63,917 nucleotides of DNA, filler included, from Craspedostauros australis (GCA_030167865.1; 12 parts of 12 records of this genome joined end to end with filler, not necessarily neighbours in it), one strand, 5' to 3'. Positions 12,401 to 24,158 are shown, counted from the first letter of the whole stretch. Notes: a model not told the origin generated them from the sequence alone. Program-made: numbers and translations.

Positions 12401-15400
12401 TGGCGATGAGTTTGCCGCGGGACGTACCTTGCTTGCGCTCGACGGCATTGTGGGCAAGATGGCTGGCCCTGGCGATGACACTGCGGCAGGACGCACCTTG
12501 CTTGCAGAGGATGACGTGGTCGGTAGAATTACTGGACCTGGCGATGACACAGCCACGGGACGTGCCTTGCTCGCAGAGGAGGATGTGGTGGGCAGAATGA
12601 CGGGACCCGGCGATGCGATTGCAGCATTCTCACGCTTCGATTGCCACGAACGCGACGGTGTAACCTGTCTGCCGTACTGCGATGATGTGGCATTCGCCTT
12701 GGTTGGGCTGCTCGATGCTTGAGATTCTTCAGCGCTTGTCGCTGCCAGTGTCGCGTTGCTGCCTCGCATGCCGCTGTTGCTGAGGTTTCTGCGCAAAGCA
12801 GGATGCTGGTTCTGCTCCACCGCAGGGTGTTGCGCTTCGTTACGACCTGGCGGATCCGCAGAAGGATGCTGGGACGATTCTGCTGCACGGTCCGCTTGCT
12901 GCGGTTCCGGCGCCAAATCGTCCTCCATGCTGCCTCTGTTCCACAAGGCATTTTGTCCGTACCTCTGGGTAACGGCAGATTGCGTCTGCTTCCTGACAGG
13001 TGTCGCGCCTCCGGCCGATGCCTGCTTCGGTCGTTGCCATGTCTTGGGGGCCGTCTTCGTCTTTTGCTCCCAGAACTTGTGCTTCGAAACAGGCTCCTCT
13101 TCATTGTCTTCGGGTTGCGGTGGTGCTGCGCCGGCCTTCTGAGGTTGCTGGCGCGTCTTGAGGGTGCGCTTCTCCCACGTGTCGCGCAGAGATGAGTTGG
13201 GGGCGATGACAGGACCGGCACTTCTCGATGCTGGCGCCGCCTCCGGAGCTCCTTGTGGTGCGGCCGTCTCATCTTGTGCGGTGGACTGGTCGGAATAGGA
13301 CGGCGGCTTCCACGAGACGCGATTAGAGGCAACGGGCGCAGGAGGCGATTGCCACGAACGCACGCCGTTGCTCATTGTCTTGATGGTTGGAGACGCCCGC
13401 CCGCTGACTGGAGCTGCTCTTTGGTTGTTGGCAACGTGCGATGCCAACGTCACCGGCGAGCTACTGCGCGCCTTCCAGCTTCCGTTGCGCAGAATACCAC
13501 TGGCAGCGGGATCCACATCGGTGCTGGCCGTGGAAGAACTGCGATTGAGCTGTTGCTGTTGTTGTTGCCATGTTGGCTTGCGTGCCACGGGCGTACCGTT
13601 GGGTCCGAATCCTTGCGACTGCACGTCATGCACTTCCGAGCTCGTCGATAGCGAGAGACCCTCGTGAAGAGACCTGGCTGTGTCGTGGGACTCGGACGGT
13701 TGCAATTCGATGCCATCCACGACCTCCTTTTGGTCAGCGTTGCTCTCGCTGTCGATTTTGGGCTTGTTGGAGACCGGGAAGCTGTGCCGAACTTGCGGGG
13801 ACCGTCCATTCATGGTTATGGGCGGAGATCGGATCGCCTTCACTCCTCCGTTGCCGGCAACCCTGGAACCGAAGGAGGCACGCAAGGTGGCAACGCTGGA
13901 TTTCGTTGGTGTCTCGATGACTGCGTTGCCATACGACGCGGATTGCTGCACTCCAGGTGTTTCCGCATTCGCATCCATGTCATCTAGGTTGACGGCGACG
14001 TCGGTGTCCGTCGCACTGCCATCGGTGGAAGGCTTTTCCTCGATTGCTTGATCGGCAGTGCGATTGCGATACGACGCGCCTGGTCGATAGGACGAGCCTA
14101 CCGGCGTGCTGCCAGTGGAGTGACGGGCACCTGCACCGAACTTGTTGTTGTTACTTGGTGGCACAGGGGGTGGTGACGACATTCCTCCTGGTGATGCGAA
14201 TTTCCTGCCGAATTTGGAGACTGATGGCGATGCAAAAGAATTAGGCTTTGCGAACGACTTCGGAGCGGACGGTGACGGCGAGGACGGAATGTAGTTGCGT
14301 GCCGCACCACCGAAACGAGATTGCGGAGCAGGGCTCTTGCTGGCTGACACGACAGGAGAGGGCGCCTTGGCGGTTGCATCTGCAGCTGTATTTCTGTCTG
14401 TATCAGCATCTACGTTTGTAGGTGGATTTTGGGAGCCTTCGGGTGCGGAGTTGTGATTAACGATCGGTGCTGGTGGTGGCATGGGGGATCTTTGCACATT
14501 GCCTGGCTGATAGTCGGTTCTGGCTTTTGGTCGGTAGGAAGAGGCAGATGGCGAAGGCCCCGTGGATGGCGAAGGTGGCGGAATGAAATTCGCTTGCGCC
14601 TTGGGCCTCCACGATTGCTTCGGCTTGTTGGCGATTGGCGTGCTCGTGCCATTATGGTTGGACGAGTTCAGACTGGCGGATACGGATTGCGCCTGCTGCG
14701 TTGCGGTGGTCTTCTTTAAATCAGGCACCGCGAGATGGTTGGAAGCGCTGGTTGCAGAGTTATCAGCCGAGCCCATAGTGTTGCTGTCGCCTTCGGTTTT
14801 AACACTTGTACCACCGTCATGCGATGTCGCTGGCGCTGGCGCTGCTTGTGACGATGAATAAACGTTGGGCGACGGAAGTGCACCGGAAGGAACGGGGCTG
14901 CGCGCAGATCTGGACGGCGTTCGTCTGGTTGGAGTTCCCGTGAATCGTTGCTGCTGCTGCTGCTGCTGCTGTTGTTTTTGGAAGGAAGATGCGGATGTAA
15001 CTGAAGATGTGGAGGAGTGTTGGTTCTGGTTAACAGCGCCTCGTGGTTGCGGCACATGAGACACGGCTGGGACGGGAGAGCGAGACGAACCAAAGGATGA
15101 CGATGCAACCACATCCGGAGGAGCCTGAGTGAGCGTTTGCTGCTGAATTGGAGTGCTTGTCACTGGGCGTTTGTTCATCGCAGGCGCGACAGGCGTCGAT
15201 GGTGCTGCAGTTGGTTGCGGTGGGGGTGGCGGTGGCGCACTGGTCATGGCAGGCACAGGCGCAGGAGTGGGTGATGGTGATGGCGACGGTGTGCTCCTTG
15301 TGCCGGACTGCCCACGATTGCGATTTCTGGACATCATCAACGCTCTCTGCCGCCTTTGCGCCAAGGTTTCGCGGCCACTTGCGGGCGCTGGTGCTGCAGC

Positions 15401-15571
15401 AGCTGGCTTGGCTGCAACTGGCTTCGCGGCAGGCGCAGGAGCTTCCGTCTGATCCTCGCCGTTGCTGGAGACGCTGGCGCTCCCATCCTGGCTATTCTTT
15501 GCCCACTGACGATGCCGGCGGGAACGGTTCAATCGTTCCGCCAGCGAGTTGCGTGGGGACTTGGACGACAT
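9446..15571 (-). CDS. Large intronless S/P/Q-rich intrinsically disordered protein of unknown function
   Basis: 2041-aa uninterrupted ORF with polyQ tracts, three tandem 23-aa repeats (SSPGPVILPTTSSSASKxRP) and an acidic C-terminal third with DPF motifs. No globular domain recognised. Confidence 0.8.
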   Translation of the reverse strand: MSSKSPRNSLAERLNRSRRHRQWAKNSQDGSASVSSNGEDQTEAPAPAAKPVAAKPAAAAPAPASGRETLAQRRQRALMMSRNRNRGQSGTRSTPSPSPSPTPAPVPAMTSAPPPPPPQPTAAPSTPVAPAMNKRPVTSTPIQQQTLTQAPPDVVASSSFGSSRSPVPAVSHVPQPRGAVNQNQHSSTSSVTSASSFQKQQQQQQQQQRFTGTPTRRTPSRSARSPVPSGALPSPNVYSSSQAAPAPATSHDGGTSVKTEGDSNTMGSADNSATSASNHLAVPDLKKTTATQQAQSVSASLNSSNHNGTSTPIANKPKQSWRPKAQANFIPPPSPSTGPSPSASSYRPKARTDYQPGNVQRSPMPPPAPIVNHNSAPEGSQNPPTNVDADTDRNTAADATAKAPSPVVSASKSPAPQSRFGGAARNYIPSSPSPSAPKSFAKPNSFASPSVSKFGRKFASPGGMSSPPPVPPSNNNKFGAGARHSTGSTPVGSSYRPGASYRNRTADQAIEEKPSTDGSATDTDVAVNLDDMDANAETPGVQQSASYGNAVIETPTKSSVATLRASFGSRVAGNGGVKAIRSPPITMNGRSPQVRHSFPVSNKPKIDSESNADQKEVVDGIELQPSESHDTARSLHEGLSLSTSSEVHDVQSQGFGPNGTPVARKPTWQQQQQQLNRSSSTASTDVDPAASGILRNGSWKARSSSPVTLASHVANNQRAAPVSGRASPTIKTMSNGVRSWQSPPAPVASNRVSWKPPSYSDQSTAQDETAAPQGAPEAAPASRSAGPVIAPNSSLRDTWEKRTLKTRQQPQKAGAAPPQPEDNEEEPVSKHKFWEQKTKTAPKTWQRPKQASAGGATPVRKQTQSAVTQRYGQNALWNRGSMEDDLAPEPQQADRAAESSQHPSADPPGRNEAQHPAVEQNQHPALRRNLSNSGMRGSNATLAATSAEESQASSSPTKANATSSQYGRQVTPSRSWQSKRENAAIASPGPVILPTTSSSASKARPVAVSSPGPVILPTTSSSASKVRPAAVSSPGPAILPTMPSSASKVRPAANSSPPKMVKRHEVNLQSSATVRRQDVPPPAQRGSSLLNYWKNRSQGQKMDLPEDVKETLRQSEVSNSNNNDNVAHYVGVGMNDHTLQQHPYANDGTISRQASTSSRHSSGGYEYSNNGGNYQQSTPTPAPAPPKAANPGPITLPSAKAYSTQPPPARESPRASQPAAPFILPSATGYQPARAPSPSSSQPLAQTTQMDAGGMDNGTGMEERFDQMNLAEQDYEEGGDMNGEDYQQPLAGDAQNSAWQQRMQDGMQKTAHNPHQLQQERGLYQDRGIIEEKKSADEDSAKMLPIESMASSEVYYDASTPLDAQLSSMDDGEIYFDDTHNDGSATTEEGPAAPIQEDHKDISRMAADSTLIADYDEARNYENRSNEFGEDDTSYGSGELPGGNTSSIPETLPPEMEKRLEEPTENKPTAPKGLLEPHFVDDDSVEDDLLPPAEEQQQQQQQQQQQQPLQAQQPVPADDSKLDDKRLPKLTPSRKDNEVYRAIYYGEETPESIRRRRKSSPIHGESLLPSPMPEDPDGQQRMMGRSGSVEVDHDLEATAEEFIREMNAGDIMDEPRGNRPDPRVEANFASPEAKYETPDRVGAMYYGQKPVGREQQQQHGLDFIPRTYADPDLMEINSDVDSDVVFGDPKTYGSAGDPDAGGKSPSVKERSHAIEGWKGGRVPESPQGSGQQRTADRGGLPFMPTPELEGRPPAAGAASAAGGGRGERRVLDFWSGNGNDNAMESSGGDGFVDTDGWADRDPDLDFMDPDPSPLVEPKPVLDFKLSQQPHLLAQLDDNNADNDGDYMKQALQLQQQQQKQQNQMHSSMQRPTHQQGLGARAPRPAHLQMQAPRHQPNQMRQPRHQAQRVAKKDEVSPSSKNWLSQQETSFVTEKSNKSTSKSRRRSKDVFDPFSGDDDGAGFGGGSGGAEAGTSNNGGDMAMNGFDDGFGGSSSDPFFPQEAFSPLNWGTPMAVNNNNNNSMNNSFGYPSPSPAEHHRMEI

Positions 15572-17655
15572 GCTTCGTCTGCCGCTTGGGCCGATCTTAA
15601 CTTGATGCGTGTCTCACGAGAAATGATCAGCTTGCTGCACCTTCGCTTGGTCCACGAAGTGTGTTCTATTTGTGCGTGTGTCTGTGTTGTCTCTTTCGTT
15701 GTCGCTGGCCTTCTCACAACCAAGATACGAACGCCAGCGCTCGTGATGTGGTCCCGTGAAGGCAACTTCGGATCTTGCCAATTACAACCCTCTCTCTGTC
15801 AACTCGAGCTGAGCAAAGATGGTGCTCTCAACGATGTCGATGTGTTGATGAGTGTGGAGATGACTGAGATGATGGATGGTATGGGGCGGTAAATAAGTGA
15901 GAGACGGACGGATGCCTCTCTTGTTGTGCACAACTTGGAATGTTTGAGATGTGCAATCGTAGCTCGTACGAATGGGGGTACTCCGTTGATGTGTTGAGCA
16001 AGGGACAACTGCTCCTTTCGAAATTCTGTGCGAGAAAGCGGACAACACGCTGTCTGCTGCTCTCTGTGTCTTTGCGCATCTCTCTCTCTCTCTCTCTCTC
16101 TTGTTGACACGCACACACATACACAAACTCAAGGGAAACAAACGAAGTCGTTACTTTTGGTAACGGCACAACACACGAGAAACGAGATGTGAACGTCGTT
16201 CTTGTGAGATCCGCATTGTTTGGCATTTTATCGTTGGGATTGTGGGCCGAATCTGCATTTGAAAGGAAACTGAAATCCCCATACGACACACTGGACGGCT
16301 CATTCATCATTCAATATCATTGATTCATGAATACTTTCATTTTGTCCCAGTCTTGTCAGACACCAAAGTCGGATGGCTCGTTATTTGTTGGTTTCGTGTG
16401 CTTCTTGGCGCCAGATACAAGATCCGATCACGCCATGCGAGTCGTGGATGAAAACGTCTTTGTCGGTTTGCGACCGCCCACGACGACGACAACTTGTGGT
16501 GCAAACGGTACGGCGAAAAGCAACAAAAGTATAGTGCCACACGATCTGGGTTGCTGGATGATGTTCTCTGCTACTGAGTGTAGGCAATGTATCACCTGCG
16601 TATCGCAGAGAATACAGTCACGATAACACTAGTTGCAGAGCTTTGCCCGTTTTGGACGATGGTTTGCTCCGAATTGGTTGCTGTTGAGAGAAGCGGTGAT
16701 TGGATATTTAGATATATTTCATGTTGTCTCTCTCCGATCCACCTCCCACATCATGGAGAAAGGATCCTATGTTGTGAAATACCAATCACGACACATTGTG
16801 AAAGATCATCAGCTGTGTTTTGTTGTGATGGAATGCTTGCGTGGCTTGAATACTTGTGAAGTGTGTTGTGCCGTTTTTCCTTGCGCACATTTGGTACCAA
16901 TCTGGGCAATCTTCACGCCCCCCAACAGGAACAACGAGCCAAGAACACCAAGCTCAACACAATAAGACGACCATCGAGAAACACAACAAACCTCATGTAT
17001 CATATGAGCGAAAAAGTGCAGCCCACGGTGTGCATGATGGTAGCAGCAGTTCTCTTTCCCACTATCTCTCTTCAGAGACCTCCATGCTGTGGTCTTTGGA
17101 TGGATGCCTTGCAGTGGACACCAAGGTGATATTGGTTGTGGCCAATGTTGTGGCTGGAGTCCGAGTTGTTGGTTGCAGTCGGTGTTGCCGATAGTCGCCA
17201 TTCAGGGATCTTCCTGAATGGTCCTCCTAGTCGAAGAATACCGTCTTTGATGATGTCACAGAAGAGAACTCTGTTGTGGTGCTTCTTTCGTCTTGTTGTG
17301 TGCTTTTCGTGATGGATGAGGACAGAAGGATCCAAACCACACGAACCAGAGGGGTGCGACCAAGAGGAGGCAAACGCAGACAAACACAAAGAGAGAAAGA
17401 GAGGACACGTGCAAACAAGACAACAACACATACCACTCAACCCCATACTCGAGCACATCAACAACAGACATCGAATTGCCACTCATACTACTATTCATCA
17501 CGCAGTGCATGATACGCGTACTACTACAAGCTATTGAAGACACCACCATCGATATCTCTGCCATTGGTGGCTCGAACTGCACGCTTCCTTGACAGCCAAT
17601 CCATCGCCAATCGTCCAACGCCGATCGTCTAGCAACCATCGATCATCCTCTCAAA

Positions 17656-18993
17656 ATGCCGAAAGTTACAAACAAACAACTTCTTCATGCTGCCTGGGAA
17701 GGTGACTTGTTGGTGTTGAAGGAATGGAAGAAGCAGAACAAGACGCAGAATGGAGGAGTTGATGTCAACAAGATTGCAGACGGGGATGGTTGGACTCCCC
17801 TTCATGCTGCATGCGGCAACGGCCAGCTGGAGTGTATCGAGTACCTCATCGAATCATGTGAGGCGAACACCAACTACGAAGATGACGATCGTGACACTCC
17901 CCTTCATGTGGCATGCTGCAACGGCCACCTGAAGTGTGTGAAGCACCTCATCGAATCATGTCAGGCGAATGTAAACTGCCAAAACAATGATGGTTGGACT
18001 CCCCTTCATTGGGCATGCCGCAACGGCTACCTGGAATGTATCGAGTACCTAATCAAATCAGGTGGAGCGAACATCAACTGCAAAGACAGCAATGGTTGGA
18101 CTCCCCTTCATGTGGCATGCTACCACGGCAAGCTGGAGTGTACCGAGTACCTCATCGAATCATGTGAGGCGAACATCAACTGTGAAGACAACGATGGTGA
18201 CACTCCCCTTCATGTGGCATGCTACCATGGCGACCTGGAGTGTATCGAGTCCCTCATCAGAGGACTTTCGCCTTCAGCTCACCCACAACTGCAACAACTG
18301 CAGCAACGCTTACAACAAAACGAACAAGCAAATGAACAACCACAACACCAGCTTAGACAGCAGTTGAAACGAAAGAAGCACGAGAATGAACACAAGCACA
18401 ATAGCCACAAGAGGACCAACATGAGCATTGAAGAAGACAGCTCAGATCCTTCCAAACCGAGAACAGGGCAGACACCATCTTCTTGCGTGGACAGGGCGAC
18501 GAGCAGCAACCAATCAAGGCAAACAGCGGAGTCCTCATGATCACTGTCCCATCCATTGAGACACTGATCGACAAGGGAATTCAACATCGCCACAGGAATG
18601 ATAGCACAGAAGACTACGCGGCCCCCATGCAAGTTACTGTCCCTCTCCCCAACCTTCAACCAAAACACATCCGATACGTCCTCCAATACATCTACACAGG
18701 CAAGATATCATTCAACAACAACATTCATGATGACAACGCCAATGCTGATGACACAAACCAGCCAACTCCCACCCTCAATGGACAGGACGATCTGCAACAG
18801 CTCATCCTTGTGGCCAACGAGTTCGGCTTCTGGCGACTCAAGCTTGTTCTTGAAGCAGAGTTGGCCCACAAGCATCTCACAGAGGCCACCATGATAGACG
18901 CGTTGATATTCGCCAATCAACACAACTGCTTGGTGTTGAAGGATGCAGCAATGAGGATGGCAGCTGAAAGTGAGAAAGATATGTTCACTCATC
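17656..18993 (+). pseudogene. Ankyrin-repeat + BTB/POZ (SPOP-like) protein with a 1-bp frameshift near 18439 and an apparently truncated 3' end
   Basis: Five G(W/D)TPLH ankyrin repeats of 34 aa. Adding one base at GAC AG CTC joins SIEEDxLRSFQTENRADTIFL..IKANSGVL..VLQYIYTG..LILVANEFGFWRLKLVLEAEL..LIFANQHNCLVLKDAAM, a BTB/BACK pattern. Could be a sequencing error instead of a true pseudogene. Confidence 0.75.
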
Positions 18994-19874
18994 TAGTGCC
19001 TCAAAGAGCCAGACCAATAAATTGGCGATTTTTGGCTACAATTGGCTACAGTTGGCTACAGATTTTGGATCCATTTTTCCCTATCTCAGACTTAAAGTTG
19101 TAGACACTCAATCGAATATCTCCTTACATCTACGTAAACTTAAGACTCAGGGCTATCCAGGAAAGCAATAACATTATCTTGTTGTTACTACCATCTCGTC
19201 GATCTTAATGTGTTTATTGATCCCCTTGGTGTGGTTTTGCCGTCGATCGACGGACAGACCGGATGTTTTTTGGATATCGTTGGCTACAGTTGGCTACAAG
19301 TAGGATTCTACAGGGGTCCGGTAGGATCTGGCCTCTTTGTTCGAGAAATTCGACCATCCATCTTTGAAGTCTCCGGACTTAGCGGTCTTTGGCTCAATCT
19401 GTACAATAGATATCATTTCAGAATCTTCTCTCCGAGGTGGTCACAATAATATGGTCTATGCATTGTTGTATTGCTATGGTGTGTTGGTATGCTCGTGTTT
19501 AGTGCTCCCATGACAATCGGAATGTTGTTTGACCACTCGGATCCACTCTCGGAAGCATGTGTGAAAGTTAATTTCCGTCATTCGCGTCATCATGACGTCA
19601 TGAGGAGGACGTAGCAACACGACTGCGACCATGGCAACAGCAACAGATGCAACACCAACAACAGGTGCAGCACCAGCTTTTCTCTACCCCAACCGACATC
19701 GCCCTCCTCTCTATCTATTCTCCACTGAACATCGCACCATGAAGATCCGCCCTGGAAGCCACGTATCGAGTCCCTGTGGACCTCTTGTGACCTCTGGAAA
19801 CAGCAAGGGCAAGGTTCGAAGCATTCTGTATGGTGTTGTCCTCAAGTCTCTCCCCAAGAATCACTGGGTTGTGC
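18993..19874 (+). mobile_element. Putative DNA transposon end with subterminal TTGGCTACA repeats and the start of an ORF (19739 to contig end)
   Basis: Abrupt switch to lower-GC sequence that cuts off the BTB frame. TTGGCTACA occurs x3 near 19032-19060 and x2 near 19280-19298. ORF MKIRPGSHVSSPCGPLV...VRSILYGVVLKSLPKNHWVV runs into the gap. No transposase core is visible. Confidence 0.35.
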
Positions 19875-19974
19875 NNNNNNNNNNNNNNNNNNNNNNNNNN
19901 NNNNNNNNNNNNNNNNNNTTAATTAATTAANNNNNNNNNNNNNNNNNNNNNNNNNNNNNNNNNNNNNNNNNNNN
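19875..19974. other. Artificial contig linker
   Basis: 44 N + TTAATTAATTAA (stops in all six frames) + 44 N. Confidence 0.98.
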
Positions 19975-21162
19975 ACGATGCTGACAATCCTGTCGTGGTG
20001 CATGTACATTGTGGAATGGCAGGCAGCTGTGCAGTGTACCTGTACAACTACAGCAAGGAAGATCCACCACCAGAACCAACCACAACGAACTGCCTTCGTT
20101 TGGAGTCTGGTGATATTGTGGCCGATCTGGCAGCCATGACCGTGCAGCACAGTGACATGTCGTTGTACAACGACAAACGATCCAAGTTGGGTGACGATCC
20201 CTTGCGTGCTGATGCCGATCCAGAAGCGCTGTGGCAGCGAATCCCGAGATCCAAGAAGTCCATCGGTGGATTGCTGATGGATCAGAGCTAGTTTGCTGGT
20301 TCTGGGAACATCTACCATGCGGAGATCTTGTTCAAGGCGGGCGTGCATCCTGACGTGCTGGGCAGGGCACTGGAGCGCTCCCAATGCAACCGGGTGTGGG
20401 CACACACCGTCGCATTGCTACGACGTGGAGTCGAGACAGGGTTCCATCCTGACGGTGGATCCTTCTGAAGCCAAGGCATTGGGCAGGCCGAGACTGCGAC
20501 GGTACATCTACAAGATCTCCAGATGTCCCCGCTGTTCCACTCATATCCAGACCTGGCAGATCGCGAATCGCAGGTGTTACGCTTGTCCCAGATGTCAACC
20601 GGTGCATGACAGCGACCGGAAGAGCACAGTGATCACCAATGCAGCGAAGTCAACGAAGATAACGAAGACAACACAGACAGCGAGAGTAGCGAAGGTAGCG
20701 AAGACAGTCGCAATATCTCGCACCAAATCCCGTACCGCATCCCGCACCACGTCGCACGCCAACACAGAGAAAGAGAATTGCGTTCCATTCAATTCGCACT
20801 GTGCACCTGAATCAGTGGCGGAACGATTGCAGGCCGACGGGCCTGGAAGGCTCACCATTCGCGAAATCAAGAGCGAGTTACATCGTCGAGGCCAGACGAT
20901 TCTCACAAACTCGAAGAAGGCAGTGCTGGCGAAGCAGCTGGAGCACGTCCTATCGCAGGACGCCGTGATGATATCGGCGGAAGATGATGCGATGGAGAAG
21001 GCCATGGCAGGGGAGAGTTTGGCGGTGGAACAACTTGCGGAACTGTGACCATCGCAGGCCCGCAAGGTCAGGCAACGGGCGGCAGCGACAGTGATAGCAA
21101 TACCGATAGGACCAAGAGAGCCAACTACATTCGAGTCGTCCACAGATTCGGAAGACGATTGA
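19975..21162 (+). pseudogene. Fpg/Nei-family DNA glycosylase (H2TH + zinc finger) with C-terminal SAP-like domain, disrupted
   Basis: VHVHCGMAG (canonical HxGMxG), KLGDDPL, KSIGGLLMDQS*FAGSGNIYHAEILFKAGVHP with TAG at 20289-20291. A +1 frameshift near 20440 leads into GSILTVD..CPRC..CPRCQP, then LTIREIKSELHRRG..KKAVL (SAP-like). A further TGA at 21046-21048. Confidence 0.88.
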
Positions 21163-21611
21163 TGACGCTGCGGATACTCGTACATATGATGCATGCTCAA
21201 CTGTGGAGCATGAAGGTGGTATTGCATAACTGAAGGAGGATTTGGCACAGAGAGAGATTCCATTCACTTCGAAGACGCGGAAAGCTGCATCGATCGAGTT
21301 CTTGACGACAGCAAGGGATGAGAGCTGTTCTGGAGTAGATAGAGCTGCACCTGTACCGGCGGCGGAAGGATGTAATCGACTGGAGCAGAAGAGGGTGGAG
21401 CACAGCAAGCACCAGGAAAGTGTATGGTTGCAAACAACATGTGGGCGTGCCTCTATATCTGTGCTTCATCGCCGATAGCTGTCCATTGCCTCGCTGTTGC
21501 TATTCCTGCAGATTCTTCTCCTCCATCCTTTCCCTGTATTTCTTCGTCACACAATACCAAAGAATTTGGATGGCTGTAGGAAATCGTTCTAAAAACGACC
21601 AACGCGGACCA

Positions 21612-23105
21612 CTATTGCGAGGTTTGTCCACCTCCACCTCCACTCTCATTGCCTTCGCCGCCGCCACCACCGCCAACTCCAACGGGTATTGGCATTCCCG
21701 ATCCTCCGGATGGAACGCGGCGGGCAATCTCGCTGATCATCCGTTGTGGCGGCTGCCCTTGCAACCAAACCACACCTGGACCTGTCAACGTTGTCATGAA
21801 AAGGCCCTCACCACCAGCAATGACGTTTTGAAAGCCTTTGACCATTTGCACATCTGCAAAATGAAGCAAGCAATGAGCAGGAGATGGTTGGCAGTGGAGG
21901 ACGGTGGTTGATGAGCGAAGAAGAGAAAATGGATGAGAGGAGAAGGTGGAATGAAACATCGTTCTGTAGGGTCTGCACATCATTGCCTGACTTGATGTTC
22001 GTTGTTTTGTATCTCCGCTCGATGACTTACCGTAGTCGACACCGTTGGAGAAACCGACCAGACAACCCGACGATATGCGCAGCTCCTCTCCATCTGCCAA
22101 TTCTCGCCGAATGAGCGTCCCGCCTGCTTTCAGGAACACGTCTCCGTTGCCTGTCAACCCTTGCAAGATAAATCCTTCTCCACCAAAGAAGCCGGTTGAG
22201 AAGTTCTTGCTGTATTCCATTTGAATGTCGACAGTGTGAGAAGCGCATAGCAAGGCACCCTTCTGGCATACCAGCTTGCCGTCGTATTCCTCCACGTTCA
22301 AACGGATGATTTTGCTTGGAAAATCTGTTCCCAACGCAATGGTGCCCTTGGTATCGCCTTGGTAGGTGTAGTCCGAAATGAAAAAGTTCTGCCCCGTCAA
22401 CATGCGCTGAAACCCTGTCGAGAGACCCCCTCTGTTTATGATTGTGGCGTGTGTGTAAGCAAGCACGAACGTTTCATGTTGAATGATGCCCAAGAATGTA
22501 ATGAATAAGACAAGGAAACAAGAATGTCAGATACTCATGTATAATACGAGAACAGAATCAAATAGAAGAGTAGGGTAGAGTAGTCTATGGCATGCTGAAG
22601 CGCGGATATGCACAGGCACTGATGGTCACCGCGTGACCGCATTCCACCCAAAGCAAGAATCACGAACGTACCCAGTGGTGGTCTGCATCTCCACACCATC
22701 GGTCATGTACATCATGGCACCGGATTCTGCACGCAGAACTTGTCCTGGCTCGAGTTCGATGATGGCGATCTGAGACTCATTGCCCTCAATCTTCGATTGC
22801 ACATCGAAATTGATTGGGAACCCGACGACTCCATCGGAGCTCGTTGCTGCGTTTGCAATTGAAGTATCTCGCGAAGTCGGAACTGGAGCTGACGACGACG
22901 ACGACGACGATAGATATCGTGATGAAAGGCTTGCGGGGGTACAGACGCCAGCACCAGCCACCTGTTTGTGGATTGGCGCGACGGATTCAAGTCTTCCAAC
23001 CAGAGCTGTGTTGACACAGGTTGTAGACCGAAACAATGTCTTCGCCCTTGACGGGATGGCTGTCAAAGCCTGTTTTCGCAGCATCATCGTCGTCTTTTCT
23101 ATCAT
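21612..23105 (-). CDS. AIM24: AIM24 / DUF124 (TIGR00266) family protein with mitochondrial-type presequence; 3 exons (23105-22672, 22431-22031, 21853-21612)
   Basis: IEGNESQIAIIELEPGQVLRAESGAMMYM, CQKGALLCAS, GFFGGEGFILQGLTGNG and GGEGLFMTTLTGPGVVWLQ. Two GT-AG introns (GTACGT..CAG and GTAAGT..CAG) keep the frame. Confidence 0.9.
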
Positions 23106-24158
23106 CACCCTTGCTGTTGTGACGTCCTGCGATTCCAGGTTGTCGTCGTTGCTGATTCCACTATACTTGTAGTCGTACGTGTATTCGTGGTGTGGATGTG
23201 TTAATGATGTGCGCAGGTTTCATGTGTGCGGTGGATTCTTGATGCCATCCGCCACAACCATCCGGCAACAACAACAACCACAGGTTTGGAGTCGACATGA
23301 TTGACCCCATCGACCCCAACCCAAAGATCCCAATCAGTCAATTCGTCGAACGAGAGCTGATTTGTCCGTTCTGGACGGTTATCCGTGATTCGATGACTTT
23401 CCCACGTCAAAATACCCTCAACTTAACCGTCGGGTACCAACATCATTTGGTTTTAACCAAGTCCATACACAAAACAATACTCTTGGTCGTGTTTGGCGCT
23501 TAGCTTCACTTTCGCTCCAACCGCAATAACCACCGCAACAACTTCGACACACATGGAACAACTTCCCATCATCGGACGTTCGACCGTTTGGACGTTTCGA
23601 TGCTTGATTTGTGTGGTCTGGTCACAAGAACGAAGAATGTCCACAACCTCACAATCATGTCACACTTGCACGAGTGCGAATCCCATCGGACCAAAAACCC
23701 CAATCGTCACTGATTTGAACTCACTCCATCCCCAAGCGAGGGAGGGAGTCGGCGGAATTGAGAGCGGCAACACACGGACGAAAGGGATTGAAATTAGGGT
23801 TGAGACACGCCAAACCAATTTCAAGTCACACCAACGTGAACCGCCAACAAAACAAACAACCGACCAACGAACAAATACACACGACACAAACCGGCAACAA
23901 CAGGAAAGGAGAAATCACGCGGACCAAAGAACGGAAGAGCAAAAATAAGGAGAAGCAACCACACCACCACCATCACCAACCACAACGTCCACGCGAATGT
24001 CAACCACCACAAATCTCAGAACACAAAATCGCAACTCAACCAATTGTGCATCGACGAGCAAGGAGATACATTCACACCTGCATTCACATCCGCATCCACA
24101 CACACTGGTGCATACCAATACACAGCAAGCATTCGAATAGATATAAACAGAAGGAAAG

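Noticed and set aside
17198..17221. 9-bp hairpin CCATTCAGG..CCTGAATGG
   Set aside because: A hairpin this short is expected by chance in 64 kb, and there is no supporting context.
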